Origin: Spirochaetia bacterium
Lineage (GTDB): Bacteria > Spirochaetota > Spirochaetia > UBA9216
DNA length: 64,000 nt
Direction: 5' to 3'
Assembly: GCA_963677925.2 (NCBI GenBank)
Contig: CAXXYH010000003.1
Coordinates: 1,920,001 to 1,984,000 of the forward strand
Positions 52,877 to 63,937 of the stretch are shown one piece after another. The position numbers and the translations under genes are program-made. The first letter of the stretch is position 1; every line of letters starts with the position of its first letter. Below the pieces are notes generated by a model. The model had not been told where the DNA came from. It did not search any database and was given only the letters and a program-made list of their open reading frames with translations.

Positions 52877-54070
52877 TTAGAAATTCATAGAAGGTGCAGG
52901 CATTCCGGGGGCCGGGGCTGATCCTGACGGAACTCCGCCGCCCATTGGATTGGGAGCAGTCATCATATCTTCAAAAAATGATGGAGTATCAAGCTCTCCG
53001 GAGAAGACGCCCTGTTGATATTTATATAAAGTTTAATAAAGTATCTTACATTTGCCAGTTTCTGCTTGATTTCAAGCTTATCATATGAGAATTCTGTAAA
53101 AAAATCATCTGATGAATAATTCTTGTCCAGATTTACCCTGCCGATTCCAAGTTCATGATAGCCTTCAAGAACCTGTACTGCATAGAAAGAATGCTCAAAA
53201 AGCGGAAGGATGCTTCTCATCATTATCATTTCGTCGGATACTTCGCTTTTCACGGTAATCATCCTTGAAGAATATCCGGATGAAGCTGCATCGCTGCCGT
53301 ATGTTACAAGGAGGTCCCTGACTTCTTCAAGCTTGTCATATGCTTCAAGAAACCTCGGCAGCAGTGACATGTACTGACTGGAATAGCCCTTAACAAAGGT
53401 TTCAGCTCCGGCACGGAAGATTTCTTCTCTTTTTCCTGTCCAGTATACGCTGTAAAGGTTCTCATCACCCGGATCAACATCTATCCGTGTCAGATCTTCA
53501 TCAGGCCTCTTTTCAACAATACTTCCGGGAGATGCAAAACGTTCACGTCTGCTGTCATCCTCACAGGCAACCTTTCCCTCTACACAGGTTACAAGGACAG
53601 AACCCTCGGGAGCTCTCTTAACGGCGAATTCAGTTCCCCGGACGCCCATTACCGCGCTCTCGGTTTTTACATTGAACTGTTCGTTACCGGTAAGATGCTG
53701 TACCTTGAAAGCAAGCGCACCGGAGAGCATATTGATATTTGTTCTGCTGTCTCCGCCGACCTTGGCTGAATCAAAGTAAAAGGCGGTATCGTTTTCTACC
53801 TTCACCTTGGTTCCCCGATTTTTCTGACCAAGCATTTCTATTTCTATAAAACCCGTCCACTCCGGTTTCTATAAGATCATAGTTAAAGAATTTCATAACC
53901 GATATCAGTATCCCAGAGTTCGATTATTGTCTCCGTCCCGCCTGAAGATCAACAATGCCTTCAAGATACGCGATCCGGGCTATCACATCTTCTGCTGAAA
54001 CAATACCCGGAACCAGGAATAAAAGAGCTGCTATCCCCGCTCCTGTTTTTTTTAAGAATTTTCTCTTCAT
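52877..54070 (-). pseudogene. Exported FecR-domain protein, interrupted by about 5 frameshifts
   Basis: ATG 54070 gives a signal peptide then IAYLEGIVDL. Shifted frames give DLIETGVDG; the main ORF has VKTESAVMGVRGTEF and CVEGKV. A shifted Pro/Gly/Met tail ends at TAA 52877. Confidence 0.75.
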
Positions 54071-54141
54071 ATCTGCCGCCTGTTTCACTTTTTTTCAACC
54101 CAACGAGCTTTGCAGGAAGCTCCACTCACTAAAATATAGCA

Positions 54142-55399
54142 CTAGGATACTGTTCCGTCAGCATCCGCCCAATTTTCTAATCAGATTTATCACGGTGATG
54201 CAGGATTTTTCCATAGTTGAAAGCACTGCCCATTCCTTCCTGCTGTGAAAAATTATGGCCGCCTGTAAACACATTCGGTGTGGGATACCTCATCTCCGCA
54301 AGCCTGGCTCCGTCGGTACCGCCTCTGATTATCTCATATTCCGGTTCTACTCCGGCTTCACGGACCGAATCAAGCAGAAACTCGAGCCCCTGAGGGACCT
54401 TATCCATATGTTCTTTCATGTTCAGATACTGCTTTTTTTGCAGTAACTTCTACCTGACCGCCCGGAAAAACAGCCTCAACAGCCTTCGCCAGCATCTTTA
54501 CAGTTTCAACACGCCGCTCTGCTTCACTGAGGTCAAAATCGCGGATATACACGACTACTTCAGCCTCTTCAAGTTCACCCTTTATTTCGAAGGGACAGTA
54601 ATATCCGTAACGTTCATCGGTTGCTTCAGGGCTCTCATTTCTGGGCAGCATACTAATAAATGTGCTGGCCATTGTTACTGCATTTACCAGGGAACCTCTT
54701 GCGCTTCCAAGATGAATAACACGGCCTTTAAACTCAAGCTTAGCCATAAAGGCATTAAAGCATTCAACTTCAATATGGCCCTCTTCTCCGCCGTCAAGGG
54801 TATAACAGAAAACAGACTTCAGTTCCTTCACCGGAAATCGGTCCATACCCTTGCCGGTTTCCTCATCAGGAGTGAATATTATCTCAACAGTACCATGCGG
54901 AATCTCAGCATTATCCTTAAAATATTTCACTGCGGTCATGATTTCAGCAAGTCCGGCCTTGTCGTCGGCCCCGAGAAGAGTTGTGCCATCCGCAGTAATT
55001 ACTGTATGGCCGGTATATTTACCGAGATCGGGGTCTGACTGGGGTCAATCAGCACATCCGATTTCAAATTTATGGGCTTACCGTCATAATTCTCATGGAT
55101 AACCGGATTTACATTCTTCCCCGATACATCCGAGGATGTATCAACATGCGCCATGAATCCGATAACAGGAGGTTCCGGAGCTCCCGGTTTAATTCGGAAA
55201 AATTCGATTCGAGTCTTGCTATCAGATAGCCGTGCTCATTAAGGAAAATATCCTTGATTCCCAGATCTTTTAATTCTTCAACAAGCAGATTGAGCAAATC
55301 CCACTGGCACTCAGTGGAGGGTGTGACTTCCTGATGCAGATCCGAAGTTGTTTCGATTTTTGCATAACGTACAAACCGCTTTAAAATTTCATCTTTCAT
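54142..55399 (-). pseudogene. pepT: Peptidase T (tripeptidase), interrupted by several frameshifts; exact 3' end uncertain
   Basis: Fragments across frames: [75 protein letters not shown]. Confidence 0.9.
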
Positions 55400-55444
55400 T
55401 TGATAATGATACCTTCTGCCCATTTACAAGTCAACGCGGAGAAC

Positions 55445-56542
55445 AGAAATTTGTCAAACACCTTATTTTTTTCTATCATTAATCATATACTTGAAAGGCT
55501 TATGAAGAAGAAAATAGCTTTATCCATAATGATGTTTCTAATTTTCACGGTGTTTGATGCAAGCAGTCTTACACTCAAACTGGCCAGTCTGCTTCCTGAA
55601 GGAACGGAATGGGACCGAAAACTGAAAAGTATGGCATCCGACTGGTCTGATATTTCCAACGGCAGGGTAAAAATCAGGATTTATGCCGGAGGTATTGCCG
55701 GAACGGAACCGGATGTAATAAGAAAGATGCGTTTTGGACAGATTGACATGGCAGTCCTGACCGCCGCCGGGATGACCGCTATAAATCCCGATTCATTTGC
55801 TTTAAGCATCCCCTTTCTTCTTGAAACTGAAGACGAGCTGGACTTTGTTCTGAATAAGATAGCACCTGATTTTGAACAGGGTTTTCAGGATGAAGGCTTC
55901 ATAGTTCTTTCATGGGCAAAGTCAGGATGGATTAATATCTTCTCGAGAACGCCGGTAGCGACACCTGATGATCTCCGGTCATTAAAATTCGCCGCATCAA
56001 TTGCCCAGCCCGGAATACCCGAAGCATTCACACAGATGGGGTTCAGGGTTGTACCAATGGATATCAATGATTTTATCATGGGCCTGCAGAGCGGTATGAT
56101 TGACGCCTTCTACAACGCCCCCATGGCGGCTGCATCCTACCAGTGGTTCGCCCTTGCTCCGAACATGATGGATCTTAAACTTTCTCCGGTGATAGGCGGA
56201 ATAATAATTTCTGAAAGAGCATGGAAGAAAGTTCCGGACAGATTCCATGCCGAAATGATAGAAGCCGCCAGAGAAATGGCAGCAGGATTCTACAGCGAGG
56301 CGCTTCAGCTTGAACAGAGAGCTGTAGGCGTAATGCTTGAAAACGGACTCCGGATTAATGAAACAACACCTCAGGAAGCTGAACAGTGGCGGGAAACAAT
56401 GCAGACAGGCATCAGCTCTATCGTAGGACCGAATAAACTGGTTCAGCCGGAAACCTACAGCAGGGTACTTTCCATGCTTGAAGATTTCAGAAATTAGAAA
56501 TTGGTTAAACACCTTATTTTTTTCTACTATTAATTATATATT
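55445..56542 (+). repeat. Imperfect ~48-bp direct repeat upstream of dctP1 (55445-55492) and tatT (56496-56542)
   Basis: AGAAATTTGTCAAACACCTTATTTTTTTCTATCATTAATCATATACTT versus AGAAATTGGTTAAACACCTTATTTTTTTCTACTATTAATTATATATT. Confidence 0.85.
55502..56497 (+). CDS. dctP: TRAP substrate-binding protein DctP (TatP-type), copy 1
   Basis: Signal peptide; LKLASLLPEGTEW, DVIRKMRFGQID, GLQSGMID, YQWF. Confidence 0.9.
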   Translation: MKKKIALSIMMFLIFTVFDASSLTLKLASLLPEGTEWDRKLKSMASDWSDISNGRVKIRIYAGGIAGTEPDVIRKMRFGQIDMAVLTAAGMTAINPDSFALSIPFLLETEDELDFVLNKIAPDFEQGFQDEGFIVLSWAKSGWINIFSRTPVATPDDLRSLKFAASIAQPGIPEAFTQMGFRVVPMDINDFIMGLQSGMIDAFYNAPMAAASYQWFALAPNMMDLKLSPVIGGIIISERAWKKVPDRFHAEMIEAAREMAAGFYSEALQLEQRAVGVMLENGLRINETTPQEAEQWRETMQTGISSIVGPNKLVQPETYSRVLSMLEDFRN

Positions 56543-56551
56543 GGAGTGGAT

Positions 56552-57574
56552 ATGATAAAGGTAATAAGGTATTTATCAGTTTTCATGCTGATTCTTTCCG
56601 CCGCAGCCTGCGTATCTGTTGAAGATATGGCTATGGATAAGGCTGCAGACATTCTTTCTTCCGGTTCCGGGGGCGCAAGCGTCTTCATGAACGATGACGA
56701 TCCGCAGCTTGTAGCCGACGCACTTCCGCTGGCATTAAAACTCTATGAAATGATTTTAGCCGAAACTCCCGATAAACCTGCCATGCAGCTTTCTACGGGT
56801 AAGAATTTCGTTATGTATGCCAACGCTTTCATACAGACACCGGCAGGAATGCTTTCCGATGATGATTATGAAGAAGCAGCTGCAGAGCTGAAAAGAGCCA
56901 AAAAGATGTACATCCGCGGAAAAAACTACAGCATGCAGTCGCTGGAGCTTCTGCATCCCGGATTTACCGAAGCTCTTGCAGGTAAAACAGCTGATACAGC
57001 ACTTTCAATGATCGAAAACCCCGACGAGGCGGACAACCTTTACTGGACCGCAGCAGGCTGGGTAGGCGCATACAGCTGCGATCCCTTTGACTTTGAGATG
57101 GCCGCAGAAATATACATGCCTGTAGCAATGCTGATTAAAGCGCTTGAAATCAATCCCGATTACAGCAACGGTGCGGTACATGACATCTTCATCCAGCTTT
57201 ACAGCAGCCTTCCGGTTTCCCACCTTGTAAAAGCTGCTGCTGCGGCACCTCTGAACGCGGGAGCCTTCCTTGAATCCTATTATCCGGCAAACATCAATAG
57301 TTCTCAGGATAAAGCTCTGTTTCATTTCAGAGAATCGGTGCGGATATCCGGAGGAACAAACCCCGGCACATTCAACACTTATGCCCAGTCTGTTTCAGTA
57401 AAAAACCAGGATTATAAAGAATACAGGGATCTGCTTGAAAAAGCGCTTTCTATAGATCCGGCTAAGATGCCGGATAATAAACTAGTTATAACCATCTACC
57501 AGCAGAAGGCTCAGTGGCTTCTTGACCATGCCGATGATTATTTTCTGCTGGATTTTGAGGAAGACTATGAATAA
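56552..57574 (+). CDS. TRAP transporter TatT component (TPR-like lipoprotein)
   Basis: Lipobox AAA-C; DDDPQLVADALPLALKLYE, MYANAFIQ, RAKKMYIRG, LYWTAAGW; lies between dctP genes. Confidence 0.85.
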   Translation: MIKVIRYLSVFMLILSAAACVSVEDMAMDKAADILSSGSGGASVFMNDDDPQLVADALPLALKLYEMILAETPDKPAMQLSTGKNFVMYANAFIQTPAGMLSDDDYEEAAAELKRAKKMYIRGKNYSMQSLELLHPGFTEALAGKTADTALSMIENPDEADNLYWTAAGWVGAYSCDPFDFEMAAEIYMPVAMLIKALEINPDYSNGAVHDIFIQLYSSLPVSHLVKAAAAAPLNAGAFLESYYPANINSSQDKALFHFRESVRISGGTNPGTFNTYAQSVSVKNQDYKEYRDLLEKALSIDPAKMPDNKLVITIYQQKAQWLLDHADDYFLLDFEEDYE

Positions 57575-58565
57575 AAGGTTAATCATATTAATTTGTACAT
57601 CCCTGCTGCTGGCAGTATCAAACATCTACAGCCTGAACCTTAAGCTTGCAAGTCTTCTGCCGGAAGGCACAGAATGGGATCTTAATCTGAAAAAAATGGC
57701 TTCAGACTGGTCGGAAATTTCAGACGGCAGGGTAAAAATAAAGATATATGCCGGGGGAATTGTAGGTTCTGAGGCTGATGTTATCAGAAAAATGCGGATA
57801 GGACAGATCGATATGGCAGTTCTTACATCAGTAGGAATGACAGCCATTTACCCTGACTCCTTTGCCATGAGTATTCCCTTTCTTCTCGATTCCGAAGAAG
57901 AGCTTGATTACATCCTGAGTGAATTTACACCGCAATTTGAAAAAGGTTTTGAGGAAAACGGTTTTATCATGCTGGCCTGGGCCAAATCGGGATGGATCAA
58001 CATTTTTTCAAACAAGCCCGTTTATTCACCGCAGGATCTCATGGCCCTGAAATTTGCCGGATCAGTAACTCAACCCGGAATATCAGAAGCTTTTACAAAT
58101 ATGGGATTCAACGTGGTTCCGGTTGATGTAACGGATGTTCTTATGGGACTTCAGAGCGGGATGATTGACTCTTTTTACGGAGCTCCCATGGCTGCCGCCT
58201 CATATCAGTGGTTCGCCCTTGCCCCCAATATGATGAATATCAAACTTTCGCCTGTTATCGGCGGAATTATAATTTCAGAAAGAGCCTGGAAAAAAGTCCC
58301 GGATAAATATCATACTGAACTTCTGGCTGCCGCAAAGGATATGGCCTCAGGTTTCTACAGCGAAGCTGCCAGGATAGAAGCAAAAGCAATCAATGTAATG
58401 CTGGACAACGGACTTCAGATAAACGATTTGACAATTGAAGATTATTTTCTTTGGAAAAGCATAATGGTCAAGGGCATTGCCTCAATAGTCGGAGACAATA
58501 AAATTGTCTCATATGACACTTATGAAGAAGTAACCGGAAAACTCGAAGAATTCAGGAATCGATAA
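57567..58565 (+). CDS. dctP: TRAP substrate-binding protein DctP (TatP-type), copy 2
   Basis: Collinear paralog of 55502-56497; overlaps the tatT stop. Confidence 0.9.
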   Translation: MNKRLIILICTSLLLAVSNIYSLNLKLASLLPEGTEWDLNLKKMASDWSEISDGRVKIKIYAGGIVGSEADVIRKMRIGQIDMAVLTSVGMTAIYPDSFAMSIPFLLDSEEELDYILSEFTPQFEKGFEENGFIMLAWAKSGWINIFSNKPVYSPQDLMALKFAGSVTQPGISEAFTNMGFNVVPVDVTDVLMGLQSGMIDSFYGAPMAAASYQWFALAPNMMNIKLSPVIGGIIISERAWKKVPDKYHTELLAAAKDMASGFYSEAARIEAKAINVMLDNGLQINDLTIEDYFLWKSIMVKGIASIVGDNKIVSYDTYEEVTGKLEEFRNR

Positions 58566-58568
58566 ATT

Positions 58569-60464
58569 TTGAAAAAGCTGACAGAACAGATTAGAAAAAT
58601 TGAGAACGGATTCGCATCGGTTATAATTATCGCCCTTGCCGCAGCTCCTGTACTTCAGATCATTGCGAGGCTGCTGTCAAGGCAGGCAGTTCCTGAATAC
58701 GAGACATTACTCAGACACCTGACATTATGGATTGGACTGACATCAGGTATGATATGCACAAGGGAGAACCAGCATATCAAACTCGGGTTTGATGAAAACC
58801 TGCCGGACGGGCATCTGAAAAAAGCTGTAAACAGTGCAGTCCGCTTTACCGGAGCTTCAGTATCAATTGGTGTGGCCGTTGCTGCTGTTTCTTTTATAAT
58901 AATCGGTTTTTCTCCCGACCAGAGGCTGTGGATGATTCCGGTAGGGATAATCAGCTGTATAATTCCCGTCTCATTTGCATTTACCGGTATCAGATTCTTT
59001 ACAGCTTCAGATAAAAAGCAGCCGATTCTTTTCACAATTGCAGTACTCACCGGTTTATTTCTTGCCCTTCCGTCAGTACTTAACCTCTGGTATTCAACGC
59101 CCTTCATGCCGCCTGAATTTCTTGAAGTAATTCAGGAAGGCTACTATGCGCTTTTTGATAAACTTGACTGGCTGATTGTAATCCTGATAATTGTACTTAC
59201 AGTATTCGGACTGCCTATATTCGTACTTCTGGGGGGCACCGCCTTCATTCTCTTTGCAGGCTCATGGAGTGTTCCCGAGGTTATTCCGAATGAAGTATAT
59301 AATCTGCTTACCGGTTCAGCTATTCCAGCCATTCCGCTTTTTACTCTGACCGGATTTATACTCTCCGAAGGAAAAACCGGTGAACGTCTGGTAAATCTGT
59401 TCAGAGCCTTTATCGGCAGGATGCCGGGCGGCCTCGCAGTTATGACCGTGCTGGTATGCGCCTTTTTTACAACCTTCACCGGCGCGTCAGGTGTAACGAT
59501 ACTTGCGATGGGAGGCCTGCTTTCATTCATACTGATAAAAAGCCGGGAGTATTCAGAAGACTTTACAAAGGGCCTTATAACTTCATCGGGAAGTATAGGA
59601 CTGCTGTTCCCGCCAAGCCTTCCGATCATAATGTACGGAGTACAGGCGCAGATAAGCATAAGGGATATGTTTCTGGCAGGAATTATCCCGGGTGTTATTC
59701 TGGTAGCAGCGCTTTCGGTAATGGCCATTCTCCACAGCCGCAGATATACCAAAAATAATGCAGAAGCTGCACAGGCACATCATTCTATACAAGAGGAAAG
59801 CCGAAGCATATCAAGATTATCAGCCCTAAAAGGAGCGCTTGGAGATCTGCTTCTTCCTGTTTTTATCCTCTTCTGCTACTTCGGCGGAATAACAACCCTG
59901 GTTGAAACAGGTGCAGTGGCAGTAGTGTACAGCTTTGTACTTGAGTTCTTCATATACAGGGATCTCAAAGTCAGTAATTTCAATGTGATAATGAAAAAAA
60001 GCATGCCGGTTATAGGCGGAGTTCTGATGATACTTGCGATGGCAAAGGGGCTCTCCTACTTCATTGTTGATGCAGAGGTTCCGATGATGCTGACAGGCTT
60101 CTTCAGCAGGCATATTCAGTCGCCGCTTGTATTCCTGCTGCTTCTGAACGTTGTGCTGCTTATCACCGGATGCCTGATGGATATATTCTCGGCAATCATG
60201 GTTGTAGCCCCTCTTATCATACCCCTGGGAGAGATGTACGGCATAAACCCGGTACAGCTTGGAATAATTTTCTTAGCAAACCTGCAGCTTGGGTACCTTA
60301 CTCCGCCTGTCGGACTGAACCTTTTTCTGGCTTCATACGCCTTTGAAACACCGCTTGCAAAAATATACAGGGGGGTAATCCCCTTCTTCCTTATTCTGCT
60401 TCTGATGGTGCTGCTAATTACTTATGTACCCTGGTTTTCGCTGGCTCTGGTGCCCGGAGTCTGA
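58569..60464 (+). CDS. TRAP transporter fused small/large permease (DctQ-DctM)
   Basis: N-terminal DctQ-like part (LRHLTLW, HIKLG); DctM motifs AIPLF, FTGASG, GLLFPPS, GYLTPPVGLNLF. Confidence 0.92.
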   Translation: MKKLTEQIRKIENGFASVIIIALAAAPVLQIIARLLSRQAVPEYETLLRHLTLWIGLTSGMICTRENQHIKLGFDENLPDGHLKKAVNSAVRFTGASVSIGVAVAAVSFIIIGFSPDQRLWMIPVGIISCIIPVSFAFTGIRFFTASDKKQPILFTIAVLTGLFLALPSVLNLWYSTPFMPPEFLEVIQEGYYALFDKLDWLIVILIIVLTVFGLPIFVLLGGTAFILFAGSWSVPEVIPNEVYNLLTGSAIPAIPLFTLTGFILSEGKTGERLVNLFRAFIGRMPGGLAVMTVLVCAFFTTFTGASGVTILAMGGLLSFILIKSREYSEDFTKGLITSSGSIGLLFPPSLPIIMYGVQAQISIRDMFLAGIIPGVILVAALSVMAILHSRRYTKNNAEAAQAHHSIQEESRSISRLSALKGALGDLLLPVFILFCYFGGITTLVETGAVAVVYSFVLEFFIYRDLKVSNFNVIMKKSMPVIGGVLMILAMAKGLSYFIVDAEVPMMLTGFFSRHIQSPLVFLLLLNVVLLITGCLMDIFSAIMVVAPLIIPLGEMYGINPVQLGIIFLANLQLGYLTPPVGLNLFLASYAFETPLAKIYRGVIPFFLILLLMVLLITYVPWFSLALVPGV

Positions 60465-60493
60465 TTGACGAGATAGACTCACACGGGTATCAT
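60465..60493 (+). promoter_or_regulatory. Sigma70-like promoter positioned for a leaderless leuS mRNA
   Basis: TTGACG-17 nt-TATCAT, 7 nt, then ATG 60501; no SD. Confidence 0.65.
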
Positions 60494-60500
60494 ACCTCTC

Positions 60501-63011
60501 ATGAGCAGATACCCTTTTAGCGAAATAGAGCCTAAATGGCAGAAATACTGGGAAGAGAACAACTCTTTCAGGGTCGAAGAAGACCCGTCTTTCCCGCCCG
60601 AAAAGCGGATGTACGTACTGGATATGTTTCCATACCCCTCAGGAGCAGGACTGCATGTAGGGCACCCCGAGGGATACACAGCCACCGATATATACTGCAG
60701 ATACCTCAGAATGAACGGCTACAATGTCCTTCATCCCATGGGCTACGACTCCTTCGGCCTTCCGGCGGAAAACTATGCAATCAAGACTGGTACTCACCCC
60801 AAGGCGACTACCGAAAAAAATATTGAACACTTTACCAAGCAGATAAAGAGCCTCGGATTCAGCTATGACTGGAGCCGGGAAATCAAGACACATACACCGG
60901 AATACTACCGCTGGACCCAGTGGATCTTCCTTCAGCTCTTTAAAAAAGGACTGGCCTATGAGTCTGCTGCACCGATAAACTGGTGCCCCTCATGTCTCAC
61001 CGGTCTCGCAAACGAGGAAGTCAACGACGGAACATGCGACCGCTGCGGCGCCCAGGTCGAAAAGAAGAACATAAGACAGTGGATTCTCAAGATCACCGAG
61101 TACGCTGATAAGCTGCTTGAAGATCTGGACAGTCTGGACTGGTCTGATTCAATCAAGGCTATGCAGCGCAACTGGATTGGCCGGTCTACCGGTGCCGATG
61201 TTAAGTTTAAGCTGGACGGCCTTGATGATGAACTTGAAGTGTATACCACACGCCCCGATACCCTCTTCGGTGCAACCTACATGGTTGTCAGTCCCGAGCA
61301 TCCGCTTATTGAGAAACTTACAACTGCAGAGAATAAAGAGGCGGTTGAGCAGTACATATACAAGGCCTCACTCAAATCAGACCTTGAGAGAACCGATCTT
61401 GCAAAGGAGAAAACCGGTGTATTCTCGGGCAGCTATGCAATCAATCCTGTTAACGGAGAGAAAATACCGGTATGGATTGCAGACTATGTACTGATTTCCT
61501 ACGGAACCGGAGCTATCATGGCTGTACCTGCCCACGATGAACGTGACTGGGAATTCGCCAAGGTCTTCGGCCTTCCGATCATTGAGGTGCTCAAAGGCGG
61601 AAACGTTGACGAAGCGGCCTTCACAGAAGACGGCCCTCATGTAAACTCGGGCTTTCTTGACGGCCTGGGCAAACAGGAGGCGATTGAAAAAATAACAGAG
61701 TGGCTTGAATCAAAAGATCTTGGCCATGCTGCTGTCAACTATAAACTTCGCGACTGGATCTTCAGCCGGCAGCGCTACTGGGGGGAACCGATTCCACTGG
61801 TACACTGCCCTGACTGCGGAATAGTACCGATTCCCGAAGAAGAGCTTCCGCTTGAACTGCCGGATGTTGCAAGCTATGAGCCCTCCGGAACAGGAGAATC
61901 ACCGCTTGCCAGAATAGACGAGTGGGTCAACACCACCTGCCCGGTCTGCGGAGCCGCAGCAAAACGCGAAACAAACACCATGCCCCAGTGGGCCGGTTCA
62001 TGCTGGTACTATCTGCGCTTCCTTGATCCGAAAAACACCGGCGAATTCGCATCAGAAGCGGTTCAGGATTACTGGATGCCGGTAGACCTCTATGTCGGCG
62101 GTGCCGAGCATGCTGTTCTTCACCTGCTGTACGCACGCTTCTGGCACAAGGTTCTTTATGATCTGGGTGTTGTAAAAACAAAGGAACCCTTTCAGCGGCT
62201 TATCAACCAGGGACTCATTACCTCCTTCGCCTACCAGAGGCCCAATAAATCACTTGTTCCTGTGGATGAAGTCGAGGAAAAGTCTGAAGGCGTATTTATT
62301 GAAACTGCTACCGGCGAAAGCGTTGAGCAGGTAATTGCCAAGATGTCCAAGAGTCTAAAGAACGTAATCAACCCAGATGATATTATCGAAGAGTTCGGCG
62401 CAGACTCTATGAGAATGTACGAGATGTTCATGGGCCCGCTTCAGGTTTCAAAACCATGGCAGACAAAGGGACTTACCGGTGTTCACCGCTTCCTTGACAG
62501 GGTCTGGAGAATGACCGAGAAACCGCTGAGCACAGAGGCTGTTCCGGCAGAGCTTAACAAGCTGCTTCACAAGACTATTAAAAAGGTCAGCGGCGATACC
62601 GGAGCACTTGAATTCAACACAGCTATCAGCCAGATGATGATCTTCATTAATGAATCATTCAAGGAAGAGAAGCTATACAGGGAAGCATGGGAAAAGTTCC
62701 TGATAATGCTTTCAGCCTACGCTCCCCATATTGCAGAAGAACTCTGGGAAATGCTTGGAAATGAACCTTCTGTATGTAAACAGGAATGGCCGAGCTGGGA
62801 TGAAGCGCTCACTATTGACGACCAGGTAACTGTGATTCTTCAGGTTAACGGGAAGCTTCGGGACAGAATCGAACTTCCCCGCGGATTGTCGAAGGATGAA
62901 CTTGAAAAAACCGCCAGGGAAAGCGACAAGCTGGCAGCTTATATTGAAGGGAAAAATATAGTCAAGGTTATTGCAGTACCCGATAAACTGGTAAACTTTG
63001 TTGTAAAATAA
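60501..63011 (+). CDS. leuS: Leucine--tRNA ligase
   Basis: [14 protein letters not shown] (HIGH), [38 protein letters not shown]. Confidence 0.98.
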   Translation: MSRYPFSEIEPKWQKYWEENNSFRVEEDPSFPPEKRMYVLDMFPYPSGAGLHVGHPEGYTATDIYCRYLRMNGYNVLHPMGYDSFGLPAENYAIKTGTHPKATTEKNIEHFTKQIKSLGFSYDWSREIKTHTPEYYRWTQWIFLQLFKKGLAYESAAPINWCPSCLTGLANEEVNDGTCDRCGAQVEKKNIRQWILKITEYADKLLEDLDSLDWSDSIKAMQRNWIGRSTGADVKFKLDGLDDELEVYTTRPDTLFGATYMVVSPEHPLIEKLTTAENKEAVEQYIYKASLKSDLERTDLAKEKTGVFSGSYAINPVNGEKIPVWIADYVLISYGTGAIMAVPAHDERDWEFAKVFGLPIIEVLKGGNVDEAAFTEDGPHVNSGFLDGLGKQEAIEKITEWLESKDLGHAAVNYKLRDWIFSRQRYWGEPIPLVHCPDCGIVPIPEEELPLELPDVASYEPSGTGESPLARIDEWVNTTCPVCGAAAKRETNTMPQWAGSCWYYLRFLDPKNTGEFASEAVQDYWMPVDLYVGGAEHAVLHLLYARFWHKVLYDLGVVKTKEPFQRLINQGLITSFAYQRPNKSLVPVDEVEEKSEGVFIETATGESVEQVIAKMSKSLKNVINPDDIIEEFGADSMRMYEMFMGPLQVSKPWQTKGLTGVHRFLDRVWRMTEKPLSTEAVPAELNKLLHKTIKKVSGDTGALEFNTAISQMMIFINESFKEEKLYREAWEKFLIMLSAYAPHIAEELWEMLGNEPSVCKQEWPSWDEALTIDDQVTVILQVNGKLRDRIELPRGLSKDELEKTARESDKLAAYIEGKNIVKVIAVPDKLVNFVVK

Positions 63012-63077
63012 ATGAGATTATTAAGATAATAATTTCCATTATTCAGGAAGTTCAAACAATCTTAGTTTTGAACTCAT

Positions 63078-63120
63078 AAAAAAAACACCGTACAGCCTAT
63101 GCTGATGCGGTGTTTTTTTT
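63078..63120. terminator. Bidirectional intrinsic terminator
   Basis: A8-CACCGTACAGC-CTAT-GCTGATGCGGTG-T8 between convergent genes. Confidence 0.85.
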
Positions 63121-63136
63121 CATTGTTTTATAATAT

Positions 63137-63937
63137 CTATGCCTCTGGACCGGAAGTTACAACCTTAAGCTTGGCAATTCCATCAGTTAGAGTGTCTATG
63201 ATATCAGCTGCCAATGCCCTTCCGGCAGATTCATCAGACTTGCAGAAGACAGCCTTAAAATCTCCTCCACTATCAGCGAAAGATGATACATCGACTGTCA
63301 TAATGGAATAGTAATTTTTATCTTCAGAAGAGTCTGTGAAATAGAATTCTCCATCAAAGCTGCCGGTAGTCAGACCTTCGAAATAAAAACTCACATAATC
63401 CCAGGTGATTTCTGACTCATCGACTGCAAGATCATCCTCTTCACCTAAAATATAATTCTGGCTGTAGTCAGAATCTGTATATCTGACGATTCCGGGAACG
63501 CCGCTTCCAAGCGCGGCATCATACTCCGGATTTTCACTGTCTGAAAAACCATGCAGCAGTGTAATTTCTGTTCCGTTCATTACAAAGGTAATACCGTACT
63601 GCATTGTCGCAGTTACAGTCCAGGTAAGGGCTTCCCCATTCTCTGCTGTAACTGTATATTCAGCCGCAACTCCGTCTTCGATAGACTCCGGACCTGACAA
63701 CTCAGCAAATTCTGAAACAGTTATCTCAGGCTCGAATAAAGATAAGTCCATCAGTTTTACTGTTACTTCAATAGTCCGCGCCGCAAGATCAATTACCGGC
63801 TCACCAACTATATAGTCGGAAGCATAATCCAGAATTACAGCCTCTGATGACCCGAACATGGTCGTAAACACATCACATCCTGAAATTCCCGCCAGCAAGA
63901 GTACAATAATCAGTATAAATAAAAGATGTTTTTTCAA
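63137..63937 (-). CDS. Hypothetical lipoprotein with Ig-like domain
   Basis: Lipobox ISG-C; YTVTAENG...WTVT motif typical of Ig-like surface repeats; AAGGAG SD before TTG. Confidence 0.7.
   Translation of the reverse strand: MKKHLLFILIIVLLLAGISGCDVFTTMFGSSEAVILDYASDYIVGEPVIDLAARTIEVTVKLMDLSLFEPEITVSEFAELSGPESIEDGVAAEYTVTAENGEALTWTVTATMQYGITFVMNGTEITLLHGFSDSENPEYDAALGSGVPGIVRYTDSDYSQNYILGEEDDLAVDESEITWDYVSFYFEGLTTGSFDGEFYFTDSSEDKNYYSIMTVDVSSFADSGGDFKAVFCKSDESAGRALAADIIDTLTDGIAKLKVVTSGPEA

Noticed and set aside
55400-55501. 34-aa N-terminal extension of DctP1 given by the ORF track
   Set aside because: It overlaps the pepT promoter; the signal peptide and paralog alignment start at ATG 55502.
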